From positions 39,440,683 to 39,504,682 of the forward strand of contig JAUZTB010000002.1 in the NCBI GenBank assembly GCA_034780895.1: a DNA stretch of 64,000 bases. Direction: 5' to 3'. This document shows positions 26,116 through 40,598 of this stretch, piece after piece. A program made the position numbers and the translations under genes. Origin of the DNA: Rhynchobatus australiae (Eukaryota). Numbering within the stretch: position 1 is the first letter of the stretch; each line of letters begins with the position of its first letter. Below the pieces are notes generated by a model. The model was not told the origin of the DNA and did no database searches. It saw only the letters and a list, made by a program, of their open reading frames with translations.

Positions 26116-28764
26116 TCTGCTGACACCATTCGCCTTTCGTATTTTTTTAAAATTGAATAACGCTTCAGCTATTTAACCTTACATGGTCTTCTCTTGGAGC
26201 ACATCTTCATCTGTATGCGCGCCCGCGCATGTGTCCAGTCCCCTCTTGATAGTTCCCTCATCTGTATTTCCTCCAATTGTAATTCAAAGCACCCGACATG
26301 TCTACTAGCCTCTTCTTCCCAGCGTGCTGGCTGACCTGTTGAATGTTCCCATCATTTCCAAGATCCCTATGTTGTGTTTATCCGGGATTTTTGATGGATT
26401 AATAATGCACGTTATCCCTCTTACCTGAACAGTTTCACTGTGGCAAATTGCATCACGTATATGTAAAAAAAAACTAAAGAAAAACGACGAAAATGCAGCA
26501 GCCTCCAGACTGTTTGCTTCCCCTATATACATTTCCACAAAATTATATGCAATTTAAAAAAATCCCCACAACTAATGAATGACACTTATTACAAATGACA
26601 CTTTTCATTGAAAAGCATCAGCTGTAAGTGAAAACAATGCAAAGTAATCAAGACATTTACAGGAAACTATCATTTTGATATAGACATGTCACTAATTATA
26701 ACTATATTTTAAGTAATGGAGCAAGGAGTATTAAGTTTTCCCAAATTATTTCTTTATATACACACTTGCCACTGTACAGCAGTTACATTTAATTATAATG
26801 CAACAAATTTGGCATGTTTTATACTTTCAAACCATACAGATTAGCAATCTGTTCCCTTTCTCTTTAGAATTACTGTTGGCAACATGTGAATGACCAATAA
26901 CACATTTATCACACATGGGCTTCCTTCAAAATAGCAAAAAAAGGGTGTCCCATCATGTTAAGCACTCATCTGCTAATATCACCAATCATTTTTAACTATC
27001 CTTCCTATTTTCAGTCTAACATGGTACAACAGTAAAATTAACTTTAAATTTTGATAAGCAGTAAAATACACAATAGTGAGAATTAATATTTAACCAAAAT
27101 TGCTGTCTTCTGAATCAACAATGGAGTCTCCCATTTTAAACAATGGATTTTAGTATGGAAGTAACATGAAAGTAGTGATGTTTGCATATTTACATTGAAC
27201 CTGCAAGAGCACAATTCAAAATTCTCCTTTACAAAAAAAATCAAAATCACTGTACAACATTCTACACACCAAAGGTTGTCCATTGCAGGTCCTAAATATT
27301 TGATAGAAAGAAAACTTTAATGCTGCTGCAACACCGAAGGAATAGCATCTGAAACTGTGGCTGTGATTTTAAATTGCAGAATACAAATAAAAGATTTGAG
27401 GATCACTTCTGCCACCATTTTCCATTCTTTAATGTTAATGTGGTGACATGACCTTATTTTCTAATCAGTATTATTTTACAACTTTATTAGGCACCTACTA
27501 ACCAATTTAGTGATGAAACAAGTTATTCTGTACTATTTTGTACATAATTAAAAGAACTGTATGGAGTATACAGAAATATCATCTCAAGGGACCATCAGTA
27601 GTAGTGCTATTTGAAAAGAAAAATAAAGTGAATATACAAGACCAAACAGTTTAGAAGTGAAATTCCACTTTATGCATTTTTAATCAGTAATCAGCAGTTA
27701 TTTGGTTATTCAAAATCCTTATGTTAATAGTTAATTAATAAACTAATTTCACAAACTGGAAAATGATCTCCCCTTAATCCATTTTTCCTGGAAGGCAAGG
27801 AGATGGAAAATGCAAGAGTGGGAAAGAGGGGCAGGAGGAAAGAGGAGGGGAGCAAAGCTTGCATATTGCTTCTGATCAGGTATTCCTTATTGGGCGAATC
27901 TAGTAGGGAATTCTACACACACCTAATGAAATTATCAACATGATGTATAGTCAGCAGTACTACAATTTCAAGTCTCCTGTTCAGAGTGCAATTATTTTTT
28001 TCTAGAAAGTTATAAATAAATTTACAGGTTTTCATATTGAAATATAGACTAGCAAATGCTGATAATTACTGTTTTCATTCACATTAACTTGCGTTAACAA
28101 ATATTTTAAGTCAATAACTTTTAAACAATTGTGTCCTAATTTAAAGAGGTAGATTTTTCAGCAGGGGGGTACCTATAAACTGCTTACAGACACTAGTGTT
28201 GAAAGTTGCTGTGGCAAGTTAAATTTGCTCAAACCATGCATTTTATAAATGTAAATGAGAGCAATATACTTTTAGGACTTTAGAAAGAATTTTGGTCAAG
28301 TAGNNNNNNNNNNNNNNNNNNNNNNNNNNCACAAAGGAAACCACACCCTGTAACAGTATTTTGAGGCTCTAGAAACAAAGAATAAATAAGTATTCTGCTT
28401 AAATTAGGGCTGTAAACAGTTAAATGAAATAGTACTATTTGGATGGCTGTAATTTCAGCTTAAATATTGATGTATCTGCTACTCCAATATCTTTTCAGAG
28501 CGATTCAGATACATAATTCAGATCTGACTCAAGATACCTAAATGAACATTAAATATGCAACATGAAAATCAACAGCCGCAGTTTAAATTACATCTTAAAC
28601 TGCAAATAGAAAAGTGCATAAGCTGTCACACATTTCTGCTCTTTCAAAAATGTTCCTAAATTTTAAACTCAACTACAACAGCTTCTTAATTTTGGCTCTG
28701 AGGATTTTGTAGTTATGAATATGGTGCAATGGTGGCATCATAGACAATTTCACCAATCATGCAT

Positions 28765-28952
28765 TTACAACTGGAAACCTTCCATTGGGGCCTCTTGTTG
28801 CTGGAAAATGAACTGTTGTTGATTCTCATCCACCTGTGGTGCAATGCTAGAGTCTTCCTCCTCTATACCAAAATAATGCTCAATCAAATCAAAGGCTTTC
28901 TGATAAATCTCTTGGTTTTCATGACTTTGAAGAAATTCAATTTTGTCCAGAC
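28765..28952 (-). CDS. KPNA5: Importin subunit alpha (KPNA5), last coding exon
   Basis: ttcag|GT; [62 protein letters not shown]; [13 protein letters not shown] is KPNA5-like. Confidence 0.95.
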
Positions 28953-29643
28953 CTGAAATTACAAAGATCACAATGTCATATACAAGTAGCACTATTGTTC
29001 CAAGTAATTTTCATGGGGGAGATCTCACTGGCCATTACCAGTGGCTTTAAACAGAATCAGCACTGAGATTCAGAAGGCTGGATTTGACAGTTTAAAAAGA
29101 TCACCTCTCAGATCCTCTGCCAGGTTAGACTTGCAGGATTTGAAACCTAATCAATTTCAAATGGGAATTGAAGGGCAAAGCATTGTGAGGCAAAGGGGAG
29201 ACCAATTTTCTGTATATTATTTCACTTCCCTTTAACATTTTAATCATTTACAGGTATTTTTAGTTTATAATTAAACACATGTAAAAATGATTTCAAATTT
29301 AAGAACCTTTAAATATTTGAATATCAGATTTAAAATTATAAAACCATGTCCCGTGTTTAAAGCTACGGGGAGGGCTTTGCCAACTGTTAAGGGCATTTCA
29401 AGAACACTCTGGACAGCTGGAGGTACTGTAACAGAGACCACACTATTGGATTCCAATGGCGCATGGGCAATGCAATTGGTCCATCATATCCAAGCCCAGA
29501 AAGTACCACATTGCAAACAACCAGTAAGTGGAGGGGANNNNNNNNNNNNNNNNNNNNNNNNNNNNNTTCTTTTTTATATTTTTCTTTTTATTGTATATTA
29601 TATATAAAATCATTTGTTTGGTTTTAATGAAATAAATAACGAA

Positions 29644-29669
29644 ATTGAATTGAATTGAATTGAATTGAA
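29644..29669 (+). repeat. (ATTGA)n microsatellite
   Basis: attgaattgaattgaattgaattgaa. Confidence 0.9.
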
Positions 29670-30390
29670 CAGTCAATAGCCATGTTTCCATCCAATTGTA
29701 AAAGCAAATTTTGAACAAGCATACTAGAAGCTATCAAAATAACAATGCTGAGCAAAAGTATATTTTCCCTAATAAAAAACATGGGAAAGTACTTTTGCAG
29801 CATGGTTCTACAGTTTTAATCACACTCAAATATATAATATGTAATGGTGTTACAAGCCAAGTGCAATCATATTATTTCTGTATACAATTTCCTGCAATGA
29901 CAATAACTTCACATTACAACAGGTTGCCTTTGGTTACAAAATGGTTATGCTAACATACACTGCAAGATGGATGGAAGCTGGTTCAGTAATGTTTTCAAGC
30001 GTCACTCTGAAGAACACTGCAGCACTGTAGCTGTTACTGACATTGCATTATGTCATTCATGTTACTCAAAGTACAACTGTAATAATATTAGATAAAACAT
30101 AATATTCAATTAGGCCCTTCATCTTAATTTGCTATTGACAATAATGCCTTTCCCTTCCCACATGGCTGGAAGAACTTTTAGAAATTGGTCTGTGATTGTC
30201 TGAAAATCAGATTCAAGACCTATTAAATAAGTAATTCAGCAATGTTTAAAAACATATCAAGCTAGAAAAGGTTGAGGGAATGCTCAAGTAGATTTGTGGT
30301 TTACAGCCAGCATCAATAAGCAAGAATTATTTCTTTCAAGTGAGGCAGGTATGCGTTCACTCTTCTACACAAATTCTGTAATTTTCTCAC

Positions 30391-30569
30391 CATAGGCTTC
30401 CTCAATAAGAGCACAGTATGGATTGATACCAGTTCCATTCTGCTTGGCCTCTTGTTCTCCTAACCGTAGAATATTTTCTAGTCCATTCAAAGCAACCTGG
30501 ACAATTTTGGAGTCCATGACGGTAAGTAAATCACACAAAGGTTTGATACAGCCCAATTCTACCAAATAC
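30391..30569 (-). CDS. KPNA5: KPNA5 coding exon (179 nt)
   Basis: aaaag|G...G|gtgag; [59 protein letters not shown]. Confidence 0.95.
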
Positions 30570-31293
30570 CTTTTAAAAAAGGAAAAAAAGGTTTGTTAAT
30601 AACTGCTTTCAACAAATCATACAAGCAAATCTGAATATCCTCAAACTGATCACAGGAAGATATTAACAACATTAATATCAAAGTTGAGTTCGCAATTTGG
30701 ATATAAAGTTCTTCCCCCTACGCAACCATCCCCACCCCAAACCTCAAAGTTCCAAATTTACCAGTCAAGTAAACATCTGTAAATACAAATTGAACCACTC
30801 ATAACAGGCATTCACAACACTCCTTTTTGGTAATAACTTGAAGTTCAGGTTTGTGGAAAAAAACAATTATCCAACTTCATTCAATTTTTGTCAAGAACGT
30901 GGACAAAGACAGGTTTTATTTAATTAACAATAAGAAATGGCTTTGTATTCATGCATTTTATTTGATATGTGGAATTTTGAGTCAATTTGAGCTTGATGTT
31001 ACTGAAACACAAATGAAGATTAAATTACCCAAAATTACTGACTAGACAGTAACTTGATATATTGGCCTAAATTTTGCTGTCAGTGGCAAAATTACCAATA
31101 ACCCATGTGAACAGTCTGTACTCCCAAGATCAAAGCTGGACAAAAATAGCTCCATTCTTGATGGTAAGACTAAGCCCAGCACTGTGGCCTGAAAACTATT
31201 CTTAAATATTATTGATACTCAAATTAATCAAACATAAAAATGTTTTAAAATTTAAAGTTAAAATTTCAAACAATTAATTCAGAAACATGTATA

Positions 31294-32991
31294 GAGGTAG
31301 TTCTGCTATAACCTGTTTATATAATGCAAAAATCGGACATAGCTCGACTGATAAATTAGGAGCACTATTTGTATCATGCAGGCCAAAACGGTTATAAAGC
31401 AGTTTCGATCAGGAACTAGCCCTACAATAATCGGGCACCATTGTCTCTAAAGTACACAAGCTGACAGTTTCATTCACAGGAGGCCATTTAAGTGTATAAA
31501 ATCATGAGGGGCATANNNNNNNNNNNNNNNNNNNNNNNNNNNNNNNNNNNNNNNNNNNNNNNNNNNNNNNNNNNNNNNNNNNNNNNNNNNNNNNNNNNNN
31601 NNNNNNNNNNNNNNNCTGATCTCTGAGGCAAGATTCCTTCCAGTTGCTGCCTGTGTTTGTCCTGAGGAAGTATCCTGACTTCAGTCTTGTATCGGTGTGC
31701 TGCATTTGGGTTCTCTGCAAGCTTGCTCCTTGCTCAACATTGTGACACCTATATAGATATGTACTTTCTTATTTTGAGGCTGGGCTAATGGGGGAGTTTC
31801 CACCTACTGACCAGGAGTGAGTTAATGAGAAACAGAGTGATTTACGTCTTCATGAGTGTTAGTGTCTTTCTTGCTCTGTTCACTGACTGCAGTATACATT
31901 TTGCTCACTGTTTAGCATTTTATACTCTCATTTGTTGGCATCATCAGATTCACAGATCACATGGACCACAGCTCACAGGTGGGAGGGAGCTCCTACTTTA
32001 TTTGCTTTTGTATCTTTTACTCAGTCCCAGCAGATATCTACCGCAGCTCCCCAACACTGCTACTGCTGGCAGGGTAAGATAGCCAATCAGAAGATAGCTA
32101 TTATCACACAGTTCTGTTTGTATCTGATCCATGTTGAGAAATATCACTGTGCTTAAGAGCCTTTAAACCAACTCCAGGAGCCACGCATTCTGGGTTTGAT
32201 TTAAACTCCAAAACCAAACAATGGCAAAGCTAACTGTGAATTTCCAGCAGTGATAAGAGTGTGTCCTGTTCAATTTTAGTGAGCTTAATATCTTACTGCC
32301 TGCCAAATTCCTATGGTCCAGGAAGCAATTGCACAGCCAGGTGCCCTTTGGAATGATTCCCGTTCAGGGGTTACACTTCAGGAGAAACTGGGAGGATCTC
32401 ATATCAGGGAGGTGCAAGGTTTCCTTGTGAATCATGATGGGCATAGATAGGGTGAATACACAGTCTTTTCCCCCACCCAGAGTTGCAGAAATCAAGAACT
32501 AGAGGGCATAGGTACAACGAGAGAGGCGAAAGATTTAATAGAAACTTGAGGGGCAACTTTTTTTTTTAAAAACAGTGAGGGTAGTACGTATATGGAATGA
32601 GCTGCCAGAGGAAGTAGTAGAGGCAGGTACAATAACAACTTTTACAGTCAGACAGGTACACGGATCAGAAAAGTTTAGAAGTTTATGAGCCAAACACAAG
32701 CAAATGGGACTATCTTGTTCAGCATGGAGCAGATGGGCCAAAGGGCTTGTTACCAAGCTCTATGACTCTCGGAGTTACTTTGGAAATTGACAAGCAATTG
32801 CTTCTATTGATACTTGTACAACAACCCTCTTTTAAACAACATACAACCTTTAATATTTTAGCTTGTATGTTGAGAATCTGAAACTCTAGCCCCAATCCCA
32901 CTTTTCCCATTGATACAGCTGCTTTTATAGCATGATTTTCTATAACACGAGGTTTCTTAGGAACACAACTAACATGTTATAGAACTACCTG
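31294..32991. mobile_element. Non-autonomous Tigger/pogo-like DNA transposon with a nested CR1 tail (about 32380-32770)
   Basis: TA|gaggtagttctgctataac ... gttatagaactacctg|TA: imperfect terminal inverted repeats with TA duplication. Confidence 0.7.
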
Positions 32992-33859
32992 TATTCCATA
33001 ATGCTTACCTTAACCCCTCGCAGCAATTATTCTTCACTGAAATCAATGGTATTAATTTTTCCATGCCAGATTTAACTTGATGCAGATTCAACAGGTAAAT
33101 GCCCTGATTTAGTGCATCTGCACTTTAGCTTTGCTACTGGTGCCAATGAAGGACCAACAGAAGCATCATTGACAAAATGTTAGCAGAAATTTGAGATTTC
33201 CACATACAGCTAGGAACTCTGAACATTCTAGCACATGAGGAAATGCTGCCACTTTCATGTGGAAGTACTGGTGTTTCTCTGGAACATCTGGGAACTTTAT
33301 CTTAATATCCAAAGACTCTACCTCCATTACCCTTTGAGGAAAAGAATTCCAAAGACTTGCAAATCTCAGAAGAAATTGGGCCTCATCTGTCTCAAGTGGG
33401 CAACCCCTCATTTTTAAACCTGACCCTTAAATCTAGATTCACCCATAAGAGTAACCATCCTCTCCACTGCCATCCTGTGAAGATGGGTCAAGATCCTATG
33501 CTTTAATCAACTTCCTTCTTACTTCTAAATTCTAGCAGGCACAAGCCTAGGCCATCAGCTTTTCCATTCCAGGTATCAGCCAAGTAAACTTTTTCTTGAA
33601 CTGCTTCCAATGCATTAACATCCTTCCTTAAGACCGAGACTTTCAACAATGCACTATAACCGGAGCACAACTTCCCTATTTTCATATCCAATTCACCTCA
33701 CAATATACTATAACTGATTGCTTTCTTCATTACTTTCTGTACTTGTATACTAGCCTCTGCATCTCCTTTTCTCCCCCATCAAAATGGACAATTTCATATT
33801 TTCTCACATTACACTATTTGCCAGATCTGGGCCTACTTGCTTAACCTATCTACATACAT

Positions 33860-34915
33860 AGAACACAGTGCACCACAGGAACAGGCCCTTCAGCCCACAA
33901 TGTCTGTGCCAAATATGACACCAAATTAAACTAATCCCTACTGCTCGCACATGATCCGTAACCCTTCATATTCGTGTGCATATCTGAAAGCCTCAAACGC
34001 CACTATCATATTTGCTTCCACCATCACCCCGGCAGCATATTCCAGGCACGTACTACTTGGTGTAAAAATAAACTTGCCCCAAACACCTCCTTTTAAACCC
34101 ACTTTAAAGCTATGCCCTCTAGTATTTTTTTTTTACTTCCACCCTGGGAAAAAGATTCGACTGTCTATCATATCTATGCCTCTCATAATTTTATAAATTT
34201 CTATCAGGTCTCTCCTTAGCCTCCAATGCTCCAGAGAAAACCCAGGTTCATCCAACCTCTCCTTATAGCTCATTTCCCAATCCAGGCTGCATCCTGGTAG
34301 ATCTCTTCTACACCCTCTCCAAAGCCTCCACATCCTTCCTGTAATGGGGCAACCAGAACTGCACACAATATTCCCAAGTGTGGCCTAAACAAAGTTTTAT
34401 ACAGCTACAACATGACTTCTTGATTCTCAAACTTAGCGTCCTGACCAATGAAGGTAAGCATGCCATATGCCTTTTTTTTTAACCACTCTTATCTACTTGT
34501 GTTCCCACTTTCAGGGGAGATGTGGACTTCAACCCCCAAGATCCCTCTGTACATCAATGCCGTTAAGGGTCCTGCCGTTAACTAGGTACCTTCCCCTCAC
34601 ATTTGATCTCCCAAATTGAAACACCTCAAACTTACCCAGATTAAACTCCATCTGCCATTTCTCTATAAAAGTTGACAATATCTGCAACTTATCTATATCC
34701 TGCTGTATCCTTTGACAACCTTCTTCACTATCCACAATTCCACTAATTCTTGTGTCGTCTGCAAGCTTGGTAACCAACCCATCTGCATTTTTGTTCAAGT
34801 TATATACACACACACACAAGCACTGATCCCTGTGGAACACCATTGGTCACAGACCTCCAACCAGAATAACATAATTCCACCACTACCCAGTCTTCCATGG
34901 GCAAGCCAATTCTTA
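33860..34915 (-). mobile_element. CR1 3' portion inserted in an older CR1 remnant (about 33210-33850 and 34915-35090)
   Basis: VTKLADDTRISGIVDSEEGCQRIQQDID...WQMEFN...QRDLG; tail catagaac...ggcccttcagccc. Confidence 0.85.
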
Positions 34916-35252
34916 ATGAAATCTAGATCTCTTTGCAGACTCGTGCTCTTCACAACTTATTTTCCTACTCATCTCAGCAGATTTAGCAACTATACCTTTG
35001 TTCTTCTATTTACTTTCAACAACACAAGCTGTTGTTTTCTGCAATAACCTTTGATATGGCATCTCATTAAATACCTTCTGGAAATCCTGGTACTAGCTAG
35101 ACTCCAAGCTCAGCTCTGCATCAAGTAATTTCCAGAAACCGTAAAACAGTGCTACAAACAAAAACACAATTTTCCATACGATTAAACTAAAAACTCAAAG
35201 TTGTATGGAAATGGCATGCATACTGAACATCCCACTTGTTGGTCAGAATTAC

Positions 35253-35380
35253 CTGATCTGTTCTGGAGTCCCACCAGATGTTGCATTTGTGATAGCCCAA
35301 GCAGCTTCCTTCCTAGTGCGGAATTCAGCTTTTTGAAGAACATCAATTAGCACTGGGAAAATATTTGCATCTATTACTGC
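35253..35380 (-). CDS. KPNA5: KPNA5 coding exon (128 nt)
   Basis: aacag|GCA...AG|gtaat; [42 protein letters not shown]. Confidence 0.95.
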
Positions 35381-35989
35381 CTGTTAAGTATGAGACAATA
35401 CAAATATCAATTAGGATTCATTACATAAACTATTAAAGAAATGCTTGTTCAGAGCAAAAATCTTACCATTTCATCACTCATTCTCAAGGCTGATCTGTGC
35501 AATTGCCAGCAAATTTCTTTTTTGCAACCAATTTCCACAAAATGAATACATGGAACATATTCATCTTTCTTTGGAAATTTGCCCCACAGAACTACTTGGT
35601 ACTGGCTGATAAGATACCTGCGAAGGGTCCTCCAGCAAAGCATTTCATGCATTTCTCTTAACTGATGGGAAAGATACAAAAGCAAGTTTCCTCATTTCCT
35701 TAACTGACCAGAAGTGGCGATTGATTGATATGCTATCCTATGATAGTATTTTCCCAACTAAGTGCTTTACTCGTGTCCAAATTAGTTTCAAAATTTGCAT
35801 GATACTTATATGAAACTTTCATTGCTTCATTCGTTTTTAAAAAATGGTGCTCAAGTTTCTTTTGAGGGATATTTAAAAACTTGTTTTACTTTGAACAGTG
35901 CATTTGCAAGACAGCTGCACATTCCTAAACAACTTGTGAGCTAGTGTCAGCTGCAGGTATGTGGGGAGCCAACTCGAAGTTGGAAAGCT

Positions 35990-36290
35990 GAGAGTCACAC
36001 CGTATATACAAGCATGAAAATCTTGGCTAATACTTCAAAGCAGTAGCAATTCTGAACTGTTGAAGATCCTAACATTAAGCCAAATGGTGCAAAAGATCCC
36101 ATGGGTCTCTTTGAAGAACTGGGTCATTCCAATGTCCAATGCCACCACTTGACTTTCAATTACCTCTACAAAACAGATCTTGACAATATCATGTTACTAT
36201 TTCTGGCAATTTACTGTACACAAACTGGCCACATTTTCTACAGCCTCCATTTCAAAAACTAATTTACTACCTATAAAGCAATTCTAAGCC
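35990..36290 (+). mobile_element. Decayed SacSINE1/Deu-domain-like SINE
   Basis: aaaagatcccatgg..tttgaagaa..aaaacagat..tactgtacacaaactggcc..ctataaagca. Confidence 0.55.
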
Positions 36291-36534
36291 CAAGTGCCAT
36301 TTTGATCCAAGTCCTTAACTGTCACTTGTGGGTTTCATTTGGTTCTTAACAATTGTTAAATTAAAAGGGATGGATTGTATTACACTGATAAATGGAGTTT
36401 GCTGATTTATCCCTGAACAGGTTCAATATCTTTCCACAGGGCCCGTTCCTGTGTTGAACTGTTCTAAGTTCTTAAAGGCTCCAAATTAAGCCAACATGTT
36501 AACAGGTTTTGCATTACCTTTGGGAGTACAATAC

Positions 36535-36660
36535 CTGGATTTGTGCTCTGTTTCCTGCAGTAATGTTTGAGACTGTCCAGCAAGCTTCCTTTCTTATAGA
36601 TTCTTTAGGGCTGCTCAACAAATGAAGGAGGCAGGGCAATGCAGAGCAGTTCAAAATTAC
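36535..36660 (-). CDS. KPNA5: KPNA5 coding exon (126 nt)
   Basis: tttag|GTA...CAG|gtatt; [42 protein letters not shown]. Confidence 0.95.
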
Positions 36661-38920
36661 CTAAATGAAGCAATAATCAATACTTGTGAACCATGCAAAT
36701 AAAACCTTCCTAAACCTATCAAATGAGGTATAGAAAGAAACACATACAAAATTAGTTACCTAGTGTCCATACGTTCAGCCTACGCAATAGATCTAATTTT
36801 CTTTTCCCACCCACTTAACTTTAAACAGCATTATTATTTTGATACTGCCTTAGAATAGAATAATACTTCAATACAATTCCATTTAAAAATAACCTTAAGG
36901 AACACTAGATCCTCACTTGAGAAATGTTATCGTATTAATCCTGCATCAGTCATGACTTCAAGATCATTTTTACTCCAAAATCTCCCAACCAATTTGACCC
37001 TTCAGTAAATCTGTGAGTTTAACCCTATTTATGCTAATTTGCCCAATAACCCTGATTCCCCCATCTGTAATTAATTATACCATCTATAGGGATTTGTATC
37101 AATTAATTATCTCCCAGAGTGCAAATTAAGTAGTGTATTAAGATCAATAGTAAATTTGGCATGCTGTTTCTCTGAAACTATTCATTTCTATTTTCAGCAT
37201 CAAACATCACAAGTTTAACTGCAAGAGTGTCCCCTTACTGGATGCCAAACCTGCAATGGCATTTGCCTTATGTTACTAGCGCCAAAATTATTTATAATTC
37301 AAATAAGAACAATGCAGTTTTATTAGCTATAAAATTGACAGAAGTGGAAAATCCTCTCCATAAAAACTTATATTCCTATAAGTATTTTATGATGCTTCTC
37401 ACTCATCTTAAACCACCTTTTGTACAACAGATTTTGAAGTGCAATTATTTATGCAAACCAGGCAGCCATTTTATACCAAATGCAATTGAGCAAAGAAATG
37501 AATGACATTATTTATATGACATTGGTTGAGAAGATGAACTACAGGCTAGAACACCAAAGATCTATTCTTATTATGATCCCCCTTAAACAGATATTGGCTA
37601 AATATTTCAACTGAAGCAAAATAACACAGAACTCCCTTAAACAGATACATCAGCCTTGATCATTTGATTTTTTTTAATAAAAGATGCATTCTCTCTCAAG
37701 ATTCAAATGTCTGTGGAATTGCTAGCAGTTATTGTCAACCCTATTTACCCCCTGATTTGTTGCAGTTAAGAGGACATAGACTAGATCAGATTAGGTGACA
37801 GATTTCCTTCCCTGAAGGGCACTGGTGAACCAGATTGGATTTTATGATAATCTTGCTTTTATATAAAAAAATTTTAATTGGAGGTTTAATTATTGAATTT
37901 AGTTTCCCATTTGTCGTGGTGGGAATCAAACTCTTCTCTAGACCCAGTATTTAATTGCAGTACTATTATATCCAAGTGCTTGGGTATTGAGTTAGGCTTT
38001 GAAGTAAATGACTTAAAAAACTTGCTACAAATCAAACATTACAAAACTACAAAAAAATTCAAATAAATATTAAAAGTGGCATTTGTAAATTTTGGGATAA
38101 GGCAAAAAGCATATAACTTAATTGGTATGGAAAAAAATACATCCAGTTATTGCCAGTTGCAGTACAGCAAACAAAATGAATCAAAGCACTACAGCACAAA
38201 AGGTGGACATCCTTTCACGCCAGCTCATTATAGAGCCATTTATTCAGCTGCATTCACCTCACCATTTCTTAATGGTCCTCCAGTTCCCACATGAAAACCA
38301 TGATTGACTGTTTATACCGCCCTTCCAGACAGTAAATTCCAGATCATGACCAATCTGCTTAAAAAAAATTTGACCTCATTTTTCTCTCTCTTATGACTTT
38401 TATCCATGAATTGGTGTACGCTGGTGCTCAAACTATTCACTAGTAGGAAATTCTTAATTTCCCATTTCTAATCCAATCATGATCTTCCACATCACTATCA
38501 AGTCTCCTTTTCAACCTTCTTTGCTTCAAGAACTCCAGATTCTCCAAATATTGTAGTTGAAATATATCCTTGGAACCATTCTAGTAAATTTCTTATGCAC
38601 CTTCTCTAGGAGCATCACATCTTTCCTCAAGTGTGATCAGAATGGAACAGAATACTCAAGTTGCAGCTTACTCATTATTTTTAAAGGTTTAGCATAAAAC
38701 TTCTGTACCCTGCACCTTCATGAACCCTAAGATTTTATTTACTTTACCAACTCTTAACATGTCCTGCCACTTTAAAGCATTAATCTAAATCCATCCAGAT
38801 GTTCCTCCACATTCTTTAGAGCTATCTTAGCTTATGTTTCTCTTTGCACAATTGGCTCAAAGATAAAAATAACAACTGAATAAATATAGTGCCCAACTAA
38901 AAGATTGAGCTTTCTCTCAC

Positions 38921-38999
38921 CTGTGTCTGGATGTCATCTCCAGTAACTATGTTTCCTACAGCTCTCAGTGCAGGGGACACCACCTTATAATCATTATGC
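38921..38999 (-). CDS. KPNA5: KPNA5 coding exon (79 nt)
   Basis: aacag|G...CAG|gtgag; [26 protein letters not shown]. Confidence 0.95.
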
Positions 39000-39490
39000 C
39001 TGTTAAAGAAATGCAGCATAAATTTGCATAACATAACATTCATCGCCACATAAAAGCAAAACACGAACAGTTAAGAACAGTTGTGTTCAGCAAGAAGCCA
39101 TGCTTAAACAGANNNNNNNNNNNATAAAATAATTTAGATGACACAATGCACATTTATATTCAACAAAACATCACTTACACAATATTAACATAACTTTAAC
39201 CTAATGTAATGACTACTTACTACAGTTATCTGTGACCTGGGGTCACAAGCTCACAATTATCTACATTTAATTCAAGAACTGTATTTGACAAGTTTGAGAT
39301 TTTGTATGGGGAATAGGGATGTGGGAAGGAGCACATTCGACAATTCATTTTTCAGTGAAAACCAGTCTTAAAACCAGTGAAAACCAGATTTAGATAAAAG
39401 TATTTTAGATAGAAAGTGAAAATCAATGAAAATATTAAGGCAGCAAAAACTGAGCAAATGCAATTCAAGAAAGAAAATCCAGTTGCTTAC

Positions 39491-39654
39491 ATTAAAAGCT
39501 CCACTAATCTCCTACAAACTCCCGAATCAATGACTATTTGTATTTTCTCATTGGGTCCATCAGAAAGATAAGAAAGGGCCCAGCAGGCATCAGCCAAAAC
39601 ATCAGGATCACTGCTAAATAACAGTCTTGATAATACATTCAAACAGGGCGATAC
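39491..39654 (-). CDS. KPNA5: KPNA5 coding exon (164 nt)
   Basis: tttag|GTA...AT|gtaag; [54 protein letters not shown]. Confidence 0.95.
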
Positions 39655-40498
39655 CTAAAACAGGGTAACATAAATGGTCAGTGAGAGATGTACTGATTAA
39701 GCCACAACACAATGGAATAGTTTTACTTCGGCTTTAAGACTATTGAAGAGATTGAGATTCCTTTGACCAATTTGGATCCTCTGAGTCCTATCTAAAGGAT
39801 GGACAATGGGATGAAGGCATAGTACATGAACTTTGAGGAAAGAGGTTGATTATTTCTGGAAATATGTGTTGCCTTCACCTTTGAAAATATCAGTAGAAAT
39901 GTGAAGGCAGTAACCAAATTATGCAAGGGTGCCATTCCTGTGAACTGTACACAAGCAGATTTCTACATAAATCATAAATGTCCACTTTCTTTCGCTACTT
40001 AGATCATAGTGCCCTACATACACTTACTATAATTCTTTCACTTCATTGAATATTCACCTTTTCCACAGATCCTGCCAAGTTTTTCAGCATTTTCTATTTT
40101 CATTTCAAATTGAGCATCTGTGGTTTTGATTTTCATTGTATTATTGATTGTTTCAAGTTATTTAAAATAAATGAATTAACATTTATCTGCGACTCTCCCT
40201 ACTGAAATGAATGAAGGTGCTTCAACTGCATCAGATCTAGCCTGACATAGGTAGCTCAGGCAGATTCCTCACCACAAGTGCTGGAAAAAAAGCCTTAACT
40301 TGGTGCTGCTTCAGTAGACTTCGTTGTCAGACTAATGCAGATGTCCCAAAGTCACTGTCAGGTATACAAAGTACTTCATATACCTGACANNNNNNNNNNN
40401 NNNNNNNNNNNNNNNNNNNNNNNNNNNNNNNNNNNNNNNNNNNNNNNNNNNNNNNNNNNNNNNNAACTATAATAAACAAGCAAAGACACAATCTATAC

Positions 40499-40598
40499 CT
40501 TTTCAAAATCTGGAGGTGGATTTTTGCCCCTGCACAAATTTGACAAAGCCCATACAGCATTTCTTGTTGTAGTAAGTCGATTGGACTTGGTTAACAAC
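40499..40598 (-). CDS. KPNA5: KPNA5 coding exon (100 nt)
   Basis: tgcag|G...AAG|gtata; [33 protein letters not shown]. Confidence 0.95.

Noticed and set aside
26215-26230. Near-palindrome atgcgcgcccgcgcat
   Set aside because: Too short and isolated to support a function
35449-35685. 78-aa minus-strand ORF with a donor-like ATG|gtaaga in a KPNA5 intron
   Set aside because: No recognisable homology, and the KPNA5 reading frame is complete without it
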